A DNA stretch of 64,000 nt from Eledone cirrhosa (GCA_964016885.1 OZ024743.1:87730001-87794000); one strand, 5' to 3'. Counted from the first letter of the stretch, positions 12,877 to 27,917 are shown. Notes: generated by a model not told the origin, from the sequence alone. Numbers and translations: made by a program.

Positions 12877-13229
12877 CGATATTAAATAAATGGAAACTAT
12901 ATTTATAAAACCATATTTATTTCATTATATATATTTCAGGGATATCATATTAAAAATATGGTATGCCTTCATCAGACAAAATACAATATAAACAGTCTTA
13001 TAAAGTCTTTATAAGACTGTTTATATTGTTTATATTGTATTTTGTCTGATGAAGGCATACCATATTTTTAATATGATATCCCTGAAATATATATAATGAA
13101 ATAAATATGGTTTTATAAATATAGTTTCCATTTATTTAATATCGTAAATATACTCCAAATACTTGTTGAGTGCTTTTATATCAGTTATAAATATTTACTC
13201 GTTGTAACCCAACAATTTAAATAAAACTT

Positions 13230-13232
<3 letters not shown>
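12877..13232 (+). mobile_element. Foldback (inverted pLTR-like) insert with hammerhead, between (TA)n tracts
   Basis: Near-perfect palindrome 12877-13144 plus a one-sided tail to 13232; relative at 29240-29570. Confidence 0.8.
13040..13101 (+). ncRNA. Type I hammerhead ribozyme (mirror copy on the minus strand at ~12920-12981)
   Basis: TTTTGT-CTGATGA-AGGcATAcCATATT-ttt-AATATGaTATcCCT-GAAA-TATATA-TA-ATGAAA. Confidence 0.75.
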
Positions 13233-13279
<47 letters not shown>

Positions 13280-13286
13280 CGTGTGC

Positions 13287-13321
<35 letters not shown>

Positions 13322-13325
<4 letters not shown>

Positions 13326-13775
13326 CTACTGTACGTCTGTATACATATATGTATGTACGTGTACATACTTATATTTAAGTAACAGCCGTACTAAGAGTGG
13401 GAAATGAAATTTCGTTTCATTTTTTCCGTTTATCGTTTTCGGTACGCCCGACCGATTAACTCACTTGATATGCAAATTGGGCTGCTCAGCCGTTAATATG
13501 CATAAGGAAAGTATATACTTTCAGACGTTCAATCATCTGGCAGGAAGGTATACGTTGCTGACGATAGCTAATAAGCTTGAAACTAGTACAGCGTTCCTTT
13601 GTCAGTGTTGAACAAATGAGCAACGATGGTTGCTAGACACTACGGCTTAATACGGGATGTTTGTTTACAAACACACCGAGCATTATAATAAATGTTCGGT
13701 GAACCCATACGTACATATATATATGTGTGCATATATGTATATATATATATATACATACTACTGTATGTATACATA

Positions 13776-13780
<5 letters not shown>
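13322..13780 (+). mobile_element. ORF-less retrozyme-like / non-autonomous PLE unit (~432 nt, partial tandem)
   Basis: CATACTACTGTA recurs at 13322 and 13754; central HHR; (TA)n on both sides; related copies at 50920-51556. Confidence 0.75.
13553..13593 (+). ncRNA. Minimal type I hammerhead ribozyme
   Basis: CGTTG-CTGACGA-t-AGCT-aata-AGCT-t-GAAA-CTAG-TA-CAGCG. Confidence 0.85.
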
Positions 13781-13806
<26 letters not shown>

Positions 13807-13808
<2 letters not shown>

Positions 13809-14327
13809 TCTTCAGTGCTACTGGTAACATGTAACCCAGTACAACCTGTCGCATGGTCGGGTCGTCGGCGACTAAACCGGCAACCCCACCAAGTTTACTT
13901 GGTGAGGAGGGTGATTTTGGACACCCTACAGGACAAAAAACAAAACCTGACGAAGGGCGGAAGAACTCATAAGATTCAACGGCCATCCAAAAGTGTGTAA
14001 ATATGTATATACACATGTACCGCACGGTTAAACCACTGGGAGTGAAGGACCCCTAGCCTTTGTCAGGGCATTCTTCTAGGAGAAGGCAACTCAGGAAACT
14101 GGGATAACTCCGATATAAAACCTGCAGCTCAGTAGTTACCGATGATGTTGATATTTTCTTCTTTTCGGGTTATAGCTACTGTCGCTCAGAGAGTGGAATT
14201 GGCTCAGTGCACAGTGTTTCCTCATTTTAAAAAATATCTTCATGCACAGACATTGCACGATAGAATTAATTGATAATTACTAATAATGTTATATCATGCA
14301 CTGGCCATACTCGATAACGAGGGGGCA

Positions 14328-14333
<6 letters not shown>
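13807..14333 (+). mobile_element. Non-autonomous retroelement with an RTE-like 5' UTR motif
   Basis: Five related copies in the window. Contains CTAGGAGAAGGMAACTC, a motif I recognise from RTE-clade 5' UTRs. Flanked by (TA)n. Confidence 0.7.
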
Positions 14334-14358
<25 letters not shown>

Positions 14359-14503
14359 CAAACACACATATATATAAAATATTTTCCTATTATAGCAAGC
14401 GTTAAACTATTATATATATTCGCTGTACTCTATCGTTTTGGTGTGCTGTTTTCCGTTTACTTTTCACACACATACACACACATACATACATGCATACATA
14501 CAT

Positions 14504-14548
<45 letters not shown>

Positions 14549-15008
14549 CATATGTGAGTGTAGAATGTTTATTAACTGTGTAATATATAAATAAATAATG
14601 AATATTTATGCAAGATAAGGCTTATATATGAAGATTTGGTATACATTTAAATTAGATATAACAACCGGTTTTTTAATTAGAAGCCTTAGCTGTGACAAGA
14701 ATGAAATATTCCTCAGTACACAGAAAAACATAAAAGATTATTCTGAATTTCATCGATTCCTGTCGACCCATCACACAATAACTGTCCTTTGATTCAGTTT
14801 TCCACCGAATATTGCTATAGCAAAGCTATGTATGTCATATAGAATTTAGAAAATGGTCAATCTAATTTGTGTGATATATTTATATATCATCGCAATGTCA
14901 ACTGTAATTTATATATATTTATTTGTGCGTTAACGTGTCTGTGTGTGTGCGTATATGTGTGCGAGTGTATATATATTTATATTTATATATATATTGCTCA
15001 GTATATTG

Positions 15009-15062
<54 letters not shown>

Positions 15063-15070
15063 GAGTGTGT

Positions 15071-15126
<56 letters not shown>

Positions 15127-15147
15127 TATATATTCACATATACTGCT

Positions 15148-15565
15148 CAGTTAACATATAGACAACTATGGTTAGGCATGCTTTGGGAAAGTCAGGACAA
15201 TACAAGTTAAAACATATTACAATGAAAACTAGTAAAAGACAAACAAAACAATACTTTACACTTTTACCATACATGTCATGATATTTCGAAAGAAAAGGAA
15301 GTGTAATGGAAATGCTGGTTGGAAATCCGTTGCTCTGCTCCCACGCGCAAAAGAATTCGCTCTTCATCGCCATCACACACAATGTCCTTTCTTTTGAAAA
15401 AGAAGGAGTTAAACCCGAAATATTATGAAATATAATGTGAAAGTGTAAACTATCGTTTTGATTTGATTATTTCACGTTACCCTGCTTTTCACTCCGTTTC
15501 TAACATATACTGTCCAGGCTTTCCCAAAACAACCCTAACTATATTCGTCCTCTCTTTGTTAACTG
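15148..15565. mobile_element. Old foldback/MITE-like element with long degenerate inverted repeats
   Basis: 15148-15290 resembles the reverse complement of 15415-15565 (CAGTTAACA..TTTGGGAAAG..GGACA vs TGTCC..CTTTCCCAAA..TGTTAACTG). Confidence 0.45.
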
Positions 15566-15745
15566 TGTTATACACACATATATACATATATACATATATA
15601 CATATATACACACATATATACAGACACACACACACACATATATATATATGTATATACAAATTTAAGGTATCAGAACATATATATTATGTATGATATTTGT
15701 GTTTCTCAGTATAAAAGTACAATGGACATATCGCTAAATTTGAAT

Positions 15746-15845
<100 letters not shown>

Positions 15846-15965
15846 ATAACTGAAAGTAGATAAGTCCACTCATATTTTGGCAAAGTGTGTTGAAGCTCGA
15901 TGTGTTATTCAGGTCAAATCATGCAACACACAAAATCAAATCCAGACTGTAATCCGTGAGGTATG

Positions 15966-16031
<66 letters not shown>

Positions 16032-16079
16032 TCCTTCCATATACTGTACCGATTGTGTTGTTATTTCTGTTTACCTTTT

Positions 16080-16122
<43 letters not shown>

Positions 16123-16329
16123 GAGAGAAAGAAAGAATATATATATATGGGGGGGGGGGGCTGGAAGGTTGTGTGTGTGTGTAATGTATGTATGCGTGTT
16201 AACATATGTAATGTATTTATCTACTCTCTGGTAATAAGATAATGCATTTCTCTTTCTATGTAAAGTAACTTTTAATTTTAAACTACAGTTCAAAGTAATA
16301 CTTTACTTGGTTGTAAAACAGAGTATAAC

Positions 16330-17165
16330 ACAGTTATATGTAACACACTACTATACATTCCTGTGTAACACACTAACACACTACTATATATTTCTGTGTA
16401 ACACACTTCTACGCATTTCTGTGTGCCACACTACTACACATTTCTGTAAAACACACTATTACGCATTCCTGTGTAACACGCTGCTACACATTTCTGTGTA
16501 ACACACTATCACACATTTTTGTGTAGCATTTTCCTACACATTCCTCTATAACTCGCTGCTACACAATCCTATGTAACACGCTATTAGATATTCCTGTGTA
16601 ACTCAACACTACGCAGTCCTGTGTAACACACTATTACACATTCGTGTGTAACACGCCGCTATACATTCGTGTGTAACACACCACTATACATTCCTGTGCA
16701 TCACACTACTACACATTCCTATGTAACACACTACTACACATTTCTGAGTAACACACCACTATGCATGCCTGTGCAACACACTCTTACACACTTATGTGTA
16801 AACACTACTATACATTTCTGTGTAAACACTACGACATATTTCTATGTAACACAGTTAAACACACCCCAACACATTCATGTCCAGCACATTACTACACATC
16901 CCTGTGTAACTGCTACACATTTCTATGTAACACACTTCTACACATTTCTGTCGTTTAACACATGCCTACACATTCTTGTGTAACACAGTCATGTGTAACA
17001 CAATACTACCCAGTCTTGTGTCACACACAATTAGACTCCTGTGTAACACCCTACTAAACACTCCTGTGTATCACACAACTACTTCACATATCTGTGTAAC
17101 ACGCTTCACATATCTGTGTAACACGCTTCACATATCTGTGTAACACACGACTACACATTCCTGTA
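16330..17165. repeat. Degenerate ~25-bp minisatellite (TGTAACACACTACTACACATTCCTG)
   Basis: Directly visible tandem units. Confidence 0.9.
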
Positions 17166-17169
17166 TACT

Positions 17170-18030
17170 ACATACTACCACCTACACCACAGCTATCACA
17201 TACACACATATCACAAGCACCACTACCACCACTACCACCACTACTCACTCAACAACACCACCACATACACCACTACCACCACTACCACCACTACCAACAC
17301 TACTAACTCAACAACACCACCACATACACCACTACTACCACTACCACCACTACCACCACTACTAACCCAACAACACCACCACATACACCACTACCACCAC
17401 TACTAACTCAACAACACCACCACATACACCACTACCACCACTACCACCACTACAACCACTACCAACACTACTAACCCAACAACACCACCACATACACCAC
17501 TACCACCACTACCACCACTACCACCACTACTAACTCAACAACACCACCACATACACCACTACCACCACTACCACCACTACTAACTCAACGACACCACCAC
17601 ATACACCACTACTACCACTACAACCACTAATAACTCAACAACACCACCACATACACCACTACTACCACTACTACTACCACTACCACCACTATTACCACCA
17701 CTACCACTACTAACATTTCCATCACTACCACCACCACTACTACCACTACCATCATCACCATCACCACCACCACCACCACTACTACCACCGCCACCACCAC
17801 CACTAACATCGCCACCTCCACCAGCACCAACACCACCACAACTACTACCATCACCACAACCACCACCACCACCACTACTACCACCCCCACTACCACTACC
17901 ACCACTACCACCACTACCACCGCCACCACCACCACCTCCACCACCACCACCACCACTACCACCACCACTACTACTACCACTACTACCGCCACCACCACCA
18001 CCTCCACCACCACCACCACCACCACAGCAA
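17170..18030. repeat. CCA/CTA-rich minisatellite / low-complexity tract
   Basis: Directly visible. Confidence 0.9.
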
Positions 18031-18179
18031 CAGTAACACTGTATGACTAATAACTTATGCATGTATTAATGCATCGTTGCACTCAACTGCTCGCCTGCAC
18101 ATAGAGCAGACACGTGCACATCTACACAAACCACTGCTGTCAGACACACACTCACACATACACAGGCCTATATAATGTT

Positions 18180-18820
<641 letters not shown>

Positions 18821-19184
18821 ACACTATCTATGATGTCCTTTAGATTCAACTGTTTCGATGGCAGTCTCTGGCCTTTCATTGCAGTTAAGATGGAGTCTCA
18901 CATATATAACATATTAGCGGTGATTTAATTCAGTTAACTGAGCCCTTCCTTGCAATTTGTCCAGATAAACTTCTTTAGTCGAGTCCTTACATTGTCGCTA
19001 CAGCAGTAACCAAAAGTATTGCTCAAGTAGTTCTTAGGTCATTGATACCGATTAAACCTGGCAGTGGAATCTTACGTTCTCTGTCTCTTTTAATCTTTTA
19101 CTATCTTCAAGAATTTTGTCGAGTAAACGTCTGACACTTATTCTAGCAATTTCTTTTCGTCAAATCTCTAAGTTACTGCATATA

Positions 19185-19522
19185 AACATATATACATACA
19201 TTACATTACATTACATTACATACATACATACATACATATATACATACATACATACATACATACATACATACATACATACATACATACAAACATACATACA
19301 TACTTGCATTACATTACATACATACAAACATACATACATACATACATTACATTACATACATACAAACATACATACATACATACATTACATTACATACATA
19401 CATACATACATACAAACATACATACATACAAACATACATTACATTACATACATACAAACATACATACATACATACATACATACATACATACATACATTAC
19501 ATACATTATATACATACATACA

Positions 19523-19553
<31 letters not shown>

Positions 19554-19590
19554 CATACAAACATACATTACATACATTACATACATTACA

Positions 19591-19621
<31 letters not shown>

Positions 19622-19648
19622 CATACATACATACATACATACATTACA

Positions 19649-19679
<31 letters not shown>

Positions 19680-19989
19680 CATTACATTACATACATACAT
19701 ACATTACATTACATACATACATTACATACATACATACATACATACATTACATACATACATACATACATACATTACATACATACATACATACATTACATAC
19801 ATACATTACATTACATACATACATACATACATACATACATTACATACATACAAACATACATACATACATTACATACATACATACATACATTACATTACAT
19901 ACATTCATTACATACATACATACATAACATACATACATACATACATACATACATACATACATACATACATACAAACATACATACTTACA

Positions 19990-20020
<31 letters not shown>

Positions 20021-20172
20021 CATACATACATACATACATTACATACATACATACATACATTACATACATACATACATTACATACATACATACATACATAC
20101 ATACATTACATACATACATACATACATACATACATTACATTACATACAAACATACATACATACATACTTACA

Positions 20173-20203
<31 letters not shown>

Positions 20204-20230
20204 CATACATACATTACATTACATACATAC
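19185..20230. repeat. (CATA)n/(CATTA)n compound microsatellite
   Basis: Directly visible. Confidence 0.95.
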
Positions 20231-20231
20231 T

Positions 20232-20412
20232 TTTGGGGACGGGGAGAGTCGATTAAATCGACCCCAGTGCGTGACTGGTACTTTATTTTATGGACCCCGT
20301 AAGGATGAAAGGCAAAGCTAACCTCAGAAGGATTTGAATTCAGAACGTAAAGTGCCATGACTCTATGCCGCGAAGCAAGGTGTCTGATGTTCTACCGATT
20401 CTGTCAATCCAC
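20232..20412 (-). mobile_element. tRNA-derived Meta-core SINE
   Basis: Same core as the 6698-7400 cluster. Confidence 0.8.
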
Positions 20413-20549
20413 AAATAATAGTAAACGCCTACACTCAACCATCCTAACAAAGCAAGCATCGACCTGCACCTATTACTGGTATGGGTATGGCGCGACGTCA
20501 TCAGGCTGCAGCTGTGGTATTACGTAGTTTCTATATAACAATAATCTGG

Positions 20550-22090
20550 TATTGTTGTTGGTGTTGTTGTGGTGGTGGTGGTGGGGGGGGAAGTATGATG
20601 ATGGTGATGATGATGACGGCGACGATGATGACGGCGACGACGACGACGACGACGACGAGGAGGAGGAGGAGATGGTGGTGGTGGGGAGTGCTGGGAGATA
20701 GGGGGCTGTGGAATGACGATGATGATGATGATAGTAATGATGGTGGTGATCGCGGTGATAATGATGATGAGGAGGGGGAGGAAGAGGAGGAGGAGGAGGA
20801 GGAGGAGGAGGAGGAGGAGGGGGGGAGGAGGAGGAGGAGGACGGGAAGTGTGGGGGGGGGGGGGGGAGGAGGAGTATAACGGCGACGAGCGGTTAATTAG
20901 GACAACATCAGTCATGTGAAAAGGAGGCAAAATATAAAGTCTGAATGCCATAAATAAAACTGAACCAATAGAATGACAACAACGAAGACGACGATAATGA
21001 AGACAACAACAACTACAACAACAACTACAACTAATACAACTACAATAGCTACAACAACAACAACTACAACTAATACAACTAATACAACAACAACAACTAC
21101 AATTACAATAGCTACAACAACAACAACTACGAAAACTACAGTAATAATAACAACAACTACAACAACAACAACAACAACAACTACTACAACTACTACCGCT
21201 ACTACTACTACTACAACAACAACAACTACTACAGCTACTACCGCTACTACTACTACTACAACAACAACAACAACAACTACAACAACAACAACAACTACAA
21301 CTACAACTACTACCGCTACTACAACAACAACAACAACAACAACAACTACTACAACTACTATAATATCAACAACGACAACGTCGGCGACAGCAACAACAGC
21401 AACAACGACGATGACGGCCATAATGAAGACAACAACTACAACTACAAAAACTACAGCAATAACAACAACGACGGCGAGAACAAGAACAATAACAATGACA
21501 ACTACAACGCCAACAACGACGACAGCAACAACAGCAACAATAACAACAACAACAACAGCAACAATAACGACAACAACTACAACAACAGCAACGACAGCTA
21601 CAACAATAACAGCAATAACAATGACACACTACAACAACAACAACGACGACGACGACAGCAACAACAGAAACAACAACAACAGCAACAACAGCAACAACAA
21701 CAACAGCAACAACGATAACAAATACAACAGCAAGAACAACGATGACAACAATAACAACGACAGCTACAACAACAATAACAATGATAACAGCGACAACAAC
21801 AACAACTACAACAACAACAACGATGGCAGCAATAAACAACAACAACTACAACAACAACAACAAATACGACAGCTACAACAACAATAACAATGATAACAGC
21901 GACAACAACAACAACAACAACAACAACAACGATGGCAGCAATAAACAACAACGACGACAACAAGAACAACAGATACGACAGCAGCAACAGCAACAACAAC
22001 GATAACATCAATAACAACGACGACAGCTACAACAATAACAACGATAATAACAACAACAACTACAACAAGCACAGCGACAACAACTCATGA
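20550..22090. repeat. Trinucleotide low-complexity tracts (GGT/GAT/GAG, then CAA/CTA)
   Basis: Directly visible. Confidence 0.9.
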
Positions 22091-22369
22091 CATCTTCTCG
22101 CTGGTTCTTACCAACGATACCATCAAATTAACCAATAGTTTCCACAAAATGGCCACGTCAACACAGTGAGATTAGCTGAAGATAGAAAGGAAATAATAAA
22201 AGTTAAAATGGCGTCCAAAAGTGGCGTCGATTTGTTGTCCAGTGAATTGGTTGACATAATTTATAACATGGACAATTGAAGTATTTATTATTATTAGTCT
22301 ATTTACTGGAGCTCACTGTCTCACATTGCTGATGACGGCGACGGCGACATCCACATCGCTGGAGTAATA

Positions 22370-22757
22370 TAATTGTTTCTACTTTTAGGCACAAGGCCAG
22401 CAATTACCCAGTACATTACTGGTACTTTATTTTATCGACCCCGTACGGATGAAAAGCAAAGTTGACCTCGGTGGGATTTGAACTCAGAATGGAAAGGGCT
22501 GTAACTCTATGCGTCAAAGCATGACGTCCGACCCTCTACCGATACTATATTACTCCACTGTTGGAGTAATATAATGATTTCTACAATAGGCACAAGGCCA
22601 GTAATTTGGGGGGAGGGAAAAGTCAATTAAATCGACCCAGTGCATTACTGGTACTTTATTTTATCCGTAAGGATGAAAGGCAAAGTTAACCTTGGCGGGA
22701 TTTGAACTCAGAACGCAAAGGGCCATAACTCTATGCTGCAAGGCATGATGTCTGACA
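22370..22757 (-). mobile_element. Two tandem Meta-core SINEs
   Basis: Copies at ~22370-22547 and ~22572-22757. GCTGGAGTAATATAAT-like sequence recurs at 22359, 22560 and 22760 (TSD-like). Confidence 0.8.
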
Positions 22758-22814
22758 TCGCTGGAGTAATATAATATATCTACAACATGTTATACACTCT
22801 CCATTTACAATGAT

Positions 22815-22873
22815 ACCAATAACAGCAGCAACAACAGCAACAGCAGCAGCAACAGCAGTAGCAACAGCAGCAG

Positions 22874-22908
<35 letters not shown>

Positions 22909-22988
22909 GCAACTACAACAGCAGCAACTACAACAGCAGCAACAACAGCAATAGCAACAGCAACAACAGCAATAGCAACAAAAGCAAT

Positions 22989-23021
<33 letters not shown>

Positions 23022-24368
23022 GACAACAGCAATAACAACAACAACAACAGTAGCAGTTGCAACTGCAGCAATAATAACAGCAACAGCACTACATTAGCAG
23101 CACAACATCAGCAGCTATGACATCATCAGTACAACAGCAATGACAGCAATAACAACAACAGCAGTAACACAACTGCAGCAATAGCAACAACAACAACAGA
23201 AGCGATAACAATAGCAGGAACAATAACAACAACAACAACAACGGCAGCAGCTGCAGCAACGAGAACTACAACAGTAGCAACAATAACAACAACAGTAGCA
23301 ACAGCAACAACAACAATAACAGCAACAGCAGCACTAGCAACAGCAATGACCGCAACGGTGACAACTGCAACAGCCACAGCAGCAGCAACAACAGAAACAA
23401 CCACAGCAGTAACAACTGCAACAGCTACAGCAGCAACAACAACAGAAACAACAACAGCAGTAACAACTGCAACAGCCACAGCAGCAACAACAACAGAAAC
23501 AACCACAGCAGTAACAACTGCAACAGCTACAGCAGCAACAACAACAGAAACAACAACAGCAGTAACAACTGCAACAGCTACAGCAGCAACAACAACAGAA
23601 ACAACAACAGCAGTAACAACTGCAACAGCCACAGCAGCAACAACAACAGAAACAACAACAGCAGTAACAACTGCAACAGCCACAGCAGCAACAACAACAG
23701 AAACAACAACAGCAGTAACAACTGCAACAGCCACAGCAGCAACAACAACAGAAACAACAACAGCAGTAACAACTGCAACAGCCACAGCAGCAACAACAAC
23801 AGAAACAACAACAGCAGTAACAACTGCAACAGCCACAGCAGCAACAACAACAGAAACAACAACAGCAGTAACAACTGCAACAGCCACAGCAGCAACAACA
23901 ACAGAAACAACAACAGCAGTAACAACTGCAACAGCCACAGCAGCAACAACAACAGAAACAACAACAGCAGTAACAACTGCAACAGCTACAGCAGCAACAA
24001 CAACAGAAACAACAACAGCAGTAACAACTGCAACAGCCACAGCAGCAACAACAACAGAAACAACAACAACAGAAACAACAACAGCAGTAACAACTGCAAC
24101 AGCCACAGCAGCAACAACAACAGAAACAACAACAGCAGTAACAGCTGCAACAGCAACAACAGCAACAACACAACAGCAACAGTAATGAAACAACTGCTGC
24201 ACTAGCAGCAACAACAACAACAACAAGAGCAGCAGCAGCGACAGCAGCAACAACAACAGCAACAGTAATGACAACTGCTGCACTAACAGCAGCAACAACA
24301 ACAACAACAACAACAACAACAGCAGCGACAGCAACAACAACAGTAGCAGCAGCAGCGACAGCAGCAAC
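22815..24368. repeat. CAG/CAA low-complexity tract containing a 51-bp minisatellite (~23360-24140)
   Basis: About 14-15 near-identical units of ACAGCAGTAACAACTGCAACAGCCACAGCAGCAACAACAACAGAAACAACA. Confidence 0.9.
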
Positions 24369-24759
24369 GGAAATACTGTTCTCAGACACCTGACTAGAAA
24401 ATATTGCTGTAATAGCAGATGGAATTGGTTGGTCGTCTGTCATTTGATAATTTCTTCCGCCTGGCTGAGCTGGAAATCAGGACATCCCTATCACAGCTTG
24501 ATCCACTGATTGCATATATGTGTGTGTGTGTATATGTATATATATATATATATATATACATATATATACATATATATATATGTTTATGCGTTTATGTGTG
24601 TATAAATGTGTATGCATATATGTGTATATATATGTATGTATATATATATATATATATATATAACATATATATATATATACATACACATATATATATGTAT
24701 ACATACACACACATACATTTATACACTCATACACACACACATATACATACATATGTGTA

Positions 24760-24813
<54 letters not shown>

Positions 24814-24849
24814 GATACACACACACATATATATATGTGTGTGTGTGTG

Positions 24850-24942
<93 letters not shown>

Positions 24943-25109
24943 ACGCATGTGGTTAGCCTGTATGTGGATGATATGGGATAATTACAAAATATATTACAAG
25001 TCAACAAAGTGAGAAGCTGGGAAATAAATGGCTGGCCTTTCTAGGTTGTCTTTCTTTTTCTTTGTTCTTCAAACCAGCGCAGAAAATAACATATCTACCA
25101 ATACATTCC

Positions 25110-26550
25110 CCAACACCACCACCATAACCATCACTACTAGCAATGCCATCGCCACCAACACCACCACAACCACGACCAAAACCATCACTACCATCACCAC
25201 CACCTCCACCACCAACACCACCAAAACTATCACCACCATTACTGCCACCAACACCACCACAACCACCACCAAAACCATCACCACCATCACTACCACCACC
25301 ACCACCAACACCACCAAAACTATCACCACCATTACTGCCACCACCACCACCACAGCCACCACCAACACCACCAAAAGCATCACCACCACCTCCATCACCA
25401 ACACCACCAAAACTATCACCACCATTACTGCCACCAACACCCCCACCACCACCACCAAAACCATCACCACCATCACTACCACCACCACCACCAACACCAC
25501 CAAAACTATCACCACCATTACTGCCACCACCACCACCACAGCCACCACCAACACCACCAAAACCATCACCACCATTACTGCCACCAACACCACCACAACC
25601 ACCACCAAAACCATCACCACCATCACTACCACCACCACCACCAGCACCACCAAAACTATCACCACCATTACTGCCACCACCACTACCACCACAGCCACCA
25701 CCAACACCACCAAAAGCATCACCACGATTACTGCCACCACAACCACCACCAACACCACCACCACCACCACCAAAACCATCACTACCACCACCACCACCAC
25801 CACCACCAACACCACCAAAACTATCACCACCATTACTGCCACCACCACCACAACCACCGCCAACACCACCAAAAGCATCACCACCATTACTGCCACCACC
25901 ACGACCACCACCACCACCACCAAAAGCATCACCACCATCACCTCCACAACCACTACCAACACCACCAAAACTACCACCACACCACAACCACCACCAAAAC
26001 CATCACCACCATCACCACCACCACCAACACCACCAAAACCACCACCACACCACAACCACCACCAAAACCATCACCACCATCACCACCACCACCAACAGCA
26101 CCAAAACCACCACCACACCACAACCACCACCAAAACCATCACCACCATCACCATCACCACCAAAACCACCACCACACCACAACCACCACCAAAACCATCA
26201 CGACCATCACTGCCATCACCGTCACCACCAAAAGCATCACCACCACCACCACCACCAAAAGCATCACCACCATTACTGCCACCACCACAACCACAACCAC
26301 CACCAAAACCATCACCACCATCACTGCCATCACCGTCACCACCAAAACCATCACCACCATCACTACCACCACCAACACCATCACCGCTACCACCACCACT
26401 ACTACCAAGAACACCACCACTACTACCACTATCACCAAGATCACCACCACCACTATCACCACCACTACCACTACTACCAAAACCTCCACCACTTCCACTA
26501 TCACCAAGATCGCCACCACCACTATCCCCACCACCACCACTACTTCCCAT
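25110..26550. repeat. CCA-rich minisatellite
   Basis: Directly visible; units such as CCAACACCACCAAAACTATCACCACCATTACTGCCA. Confidence 0.85.
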
Positions 26551-27209
26551 TACACACACCCTAGTAGCCTCGATACGGTATGGTGGAATGTCTTTGATCA
26601 TATGTCTGTTCAGTGAAGGTTGGCTGATCTCAGGCTAAACAATATATCAGGCACACTTCTGGACGTGCCAGTTCTTTGCCCCCCCCCCCCCTCACTTTCT
26701 TTCTTTATTTATTTATTTATTACTTTTTCTTTCTTCCTTTCTTTCTATCTTTTGTTGCTTGTTGTTGCTGTTTTTGTCGGACCTAATAACAACAAATAGC
26801 TGACATGCAAATACATAAAACTGGTGAAAGCCGACACAATGTTAAATAAAGAGAAGAATATATTTATTGAGTAAATATCTGTCGTTCAGCCTACAACATT
26901 GTGTCGTCTGCATTCATCAGTTTATAACGATCTTTCAAAAAAGGTCTTTTATATATTTCATCTGTTTATACTGAAGACAGTAACAAATGGTTTTATTGCA
27001 AATAGTATCAATGAATGTATCAATAGATATGATGAAGGAGCCTCCGTTGACTGCGACGATGACCATTCAGTTCAGTCGTTTGGTCAATTGAATGTTCGAC
27101 TCATGAATTAACATGTATATGGTTGAGTATTCCATAGACACCTATACCACTAATGCAATTTTTCAGGCAGAGTCAGCGTGACATATCTGACAAGGCGGGA
27201 CTATCGGGA

Positions 27210-27500
27210 ATAGCGTGAAACAAGGCTGCGTCCTTGCCCGAACCCTATTCTCAATCTTCTTCAGTATGATGTTCCGCGAAGCAAAGAAGGATCTGTGGAG
27301 GGATATTTACATCCGGTTCCATACTGATGGAAGTGTGTTCAACTTGCGACGAGTGCTCGCCCGCACCAAAACACTGAAGGAGTTGATCCTGGACCTGCTG
27401 TTCACAGATGACTGTGCCCTTCTGACGCACATGGTGGAAGATCTCCTGGTATACGTCAGCAGCTTTTCTCGGGCAGCTAAGGCCTTTGAATTACAGATAC
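27210..27500 (+). pseudogene. RTE-clade LINE reverse transcriptase fragment
   Basis: VKQGCVLARTLFSIFFSMM...IYIRFHTDGSVFNLRR...DLLFTDDCAL (RTE QG and FADD motifs, decayed). Confidence 0.85.
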
Positions 27501-27613
27501 AATCCATACAAAAGCTAGATCTGTAGGGAGAGGAAAATTTGATGATTTTTGCACGTTTGGTTTGTCCGTTTGTGATGTGCTCAGTTGTGATTGCTCTGTG
27601 ATGTGGTCACTGT

Positions 27614-27917
27614 CAGGATTGGATTTAGACTTTGGGGAGCCTAGGACACTTCAGGTTAGGGGGAGGATGACCCTCATACACAAAAAAAAAAATAGAATAC
27701 ACAGCAAATCCCATAATTTTACATATCAAAGTTAGCTTGACGCAAGGAATTGGAAAGTTATATATACAGGTATTAAATTCAAAAATTATAACCTTCCTAA
27801 AACTAAAAATCCCAGTTGGGCCACAAATAATTGCTACGGCCATCGCTGGTGGGTCCGCGCCCCACTGCAGATGGCCCGGGCCTATTTTCCTCTTTGCTTT
27901 CATTAAATCCGACCCTG
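27614..27917. mobile_element. hAT-type MITE (family of 12444-12724)
   Basis: TIRs CAGGATTGGATTTA / TAAATCCGACCCTG; shared internal sequence. Confidence 0.7.

Noticed and set aside
14655-14725. Minus-strand CTGAGGA...AAAACCGGTT as a hammerhead
   Set aside because: No GAAA and no clear stem II.
16330-17165. Regularly spaced TGTAACAC motifs as a CRISPR-like or binding-site array
   Set aside because: The intervening sequences are themselves degenerate copies of one 25-bp unit.
22810-24185. Thr/Ala-rich ORFs resembling antifreeze glycoprotein or mucin
   Set aside because: CAG/CAA low complexity plus a 51-bp minisatellite; no signal peptide or splice context.
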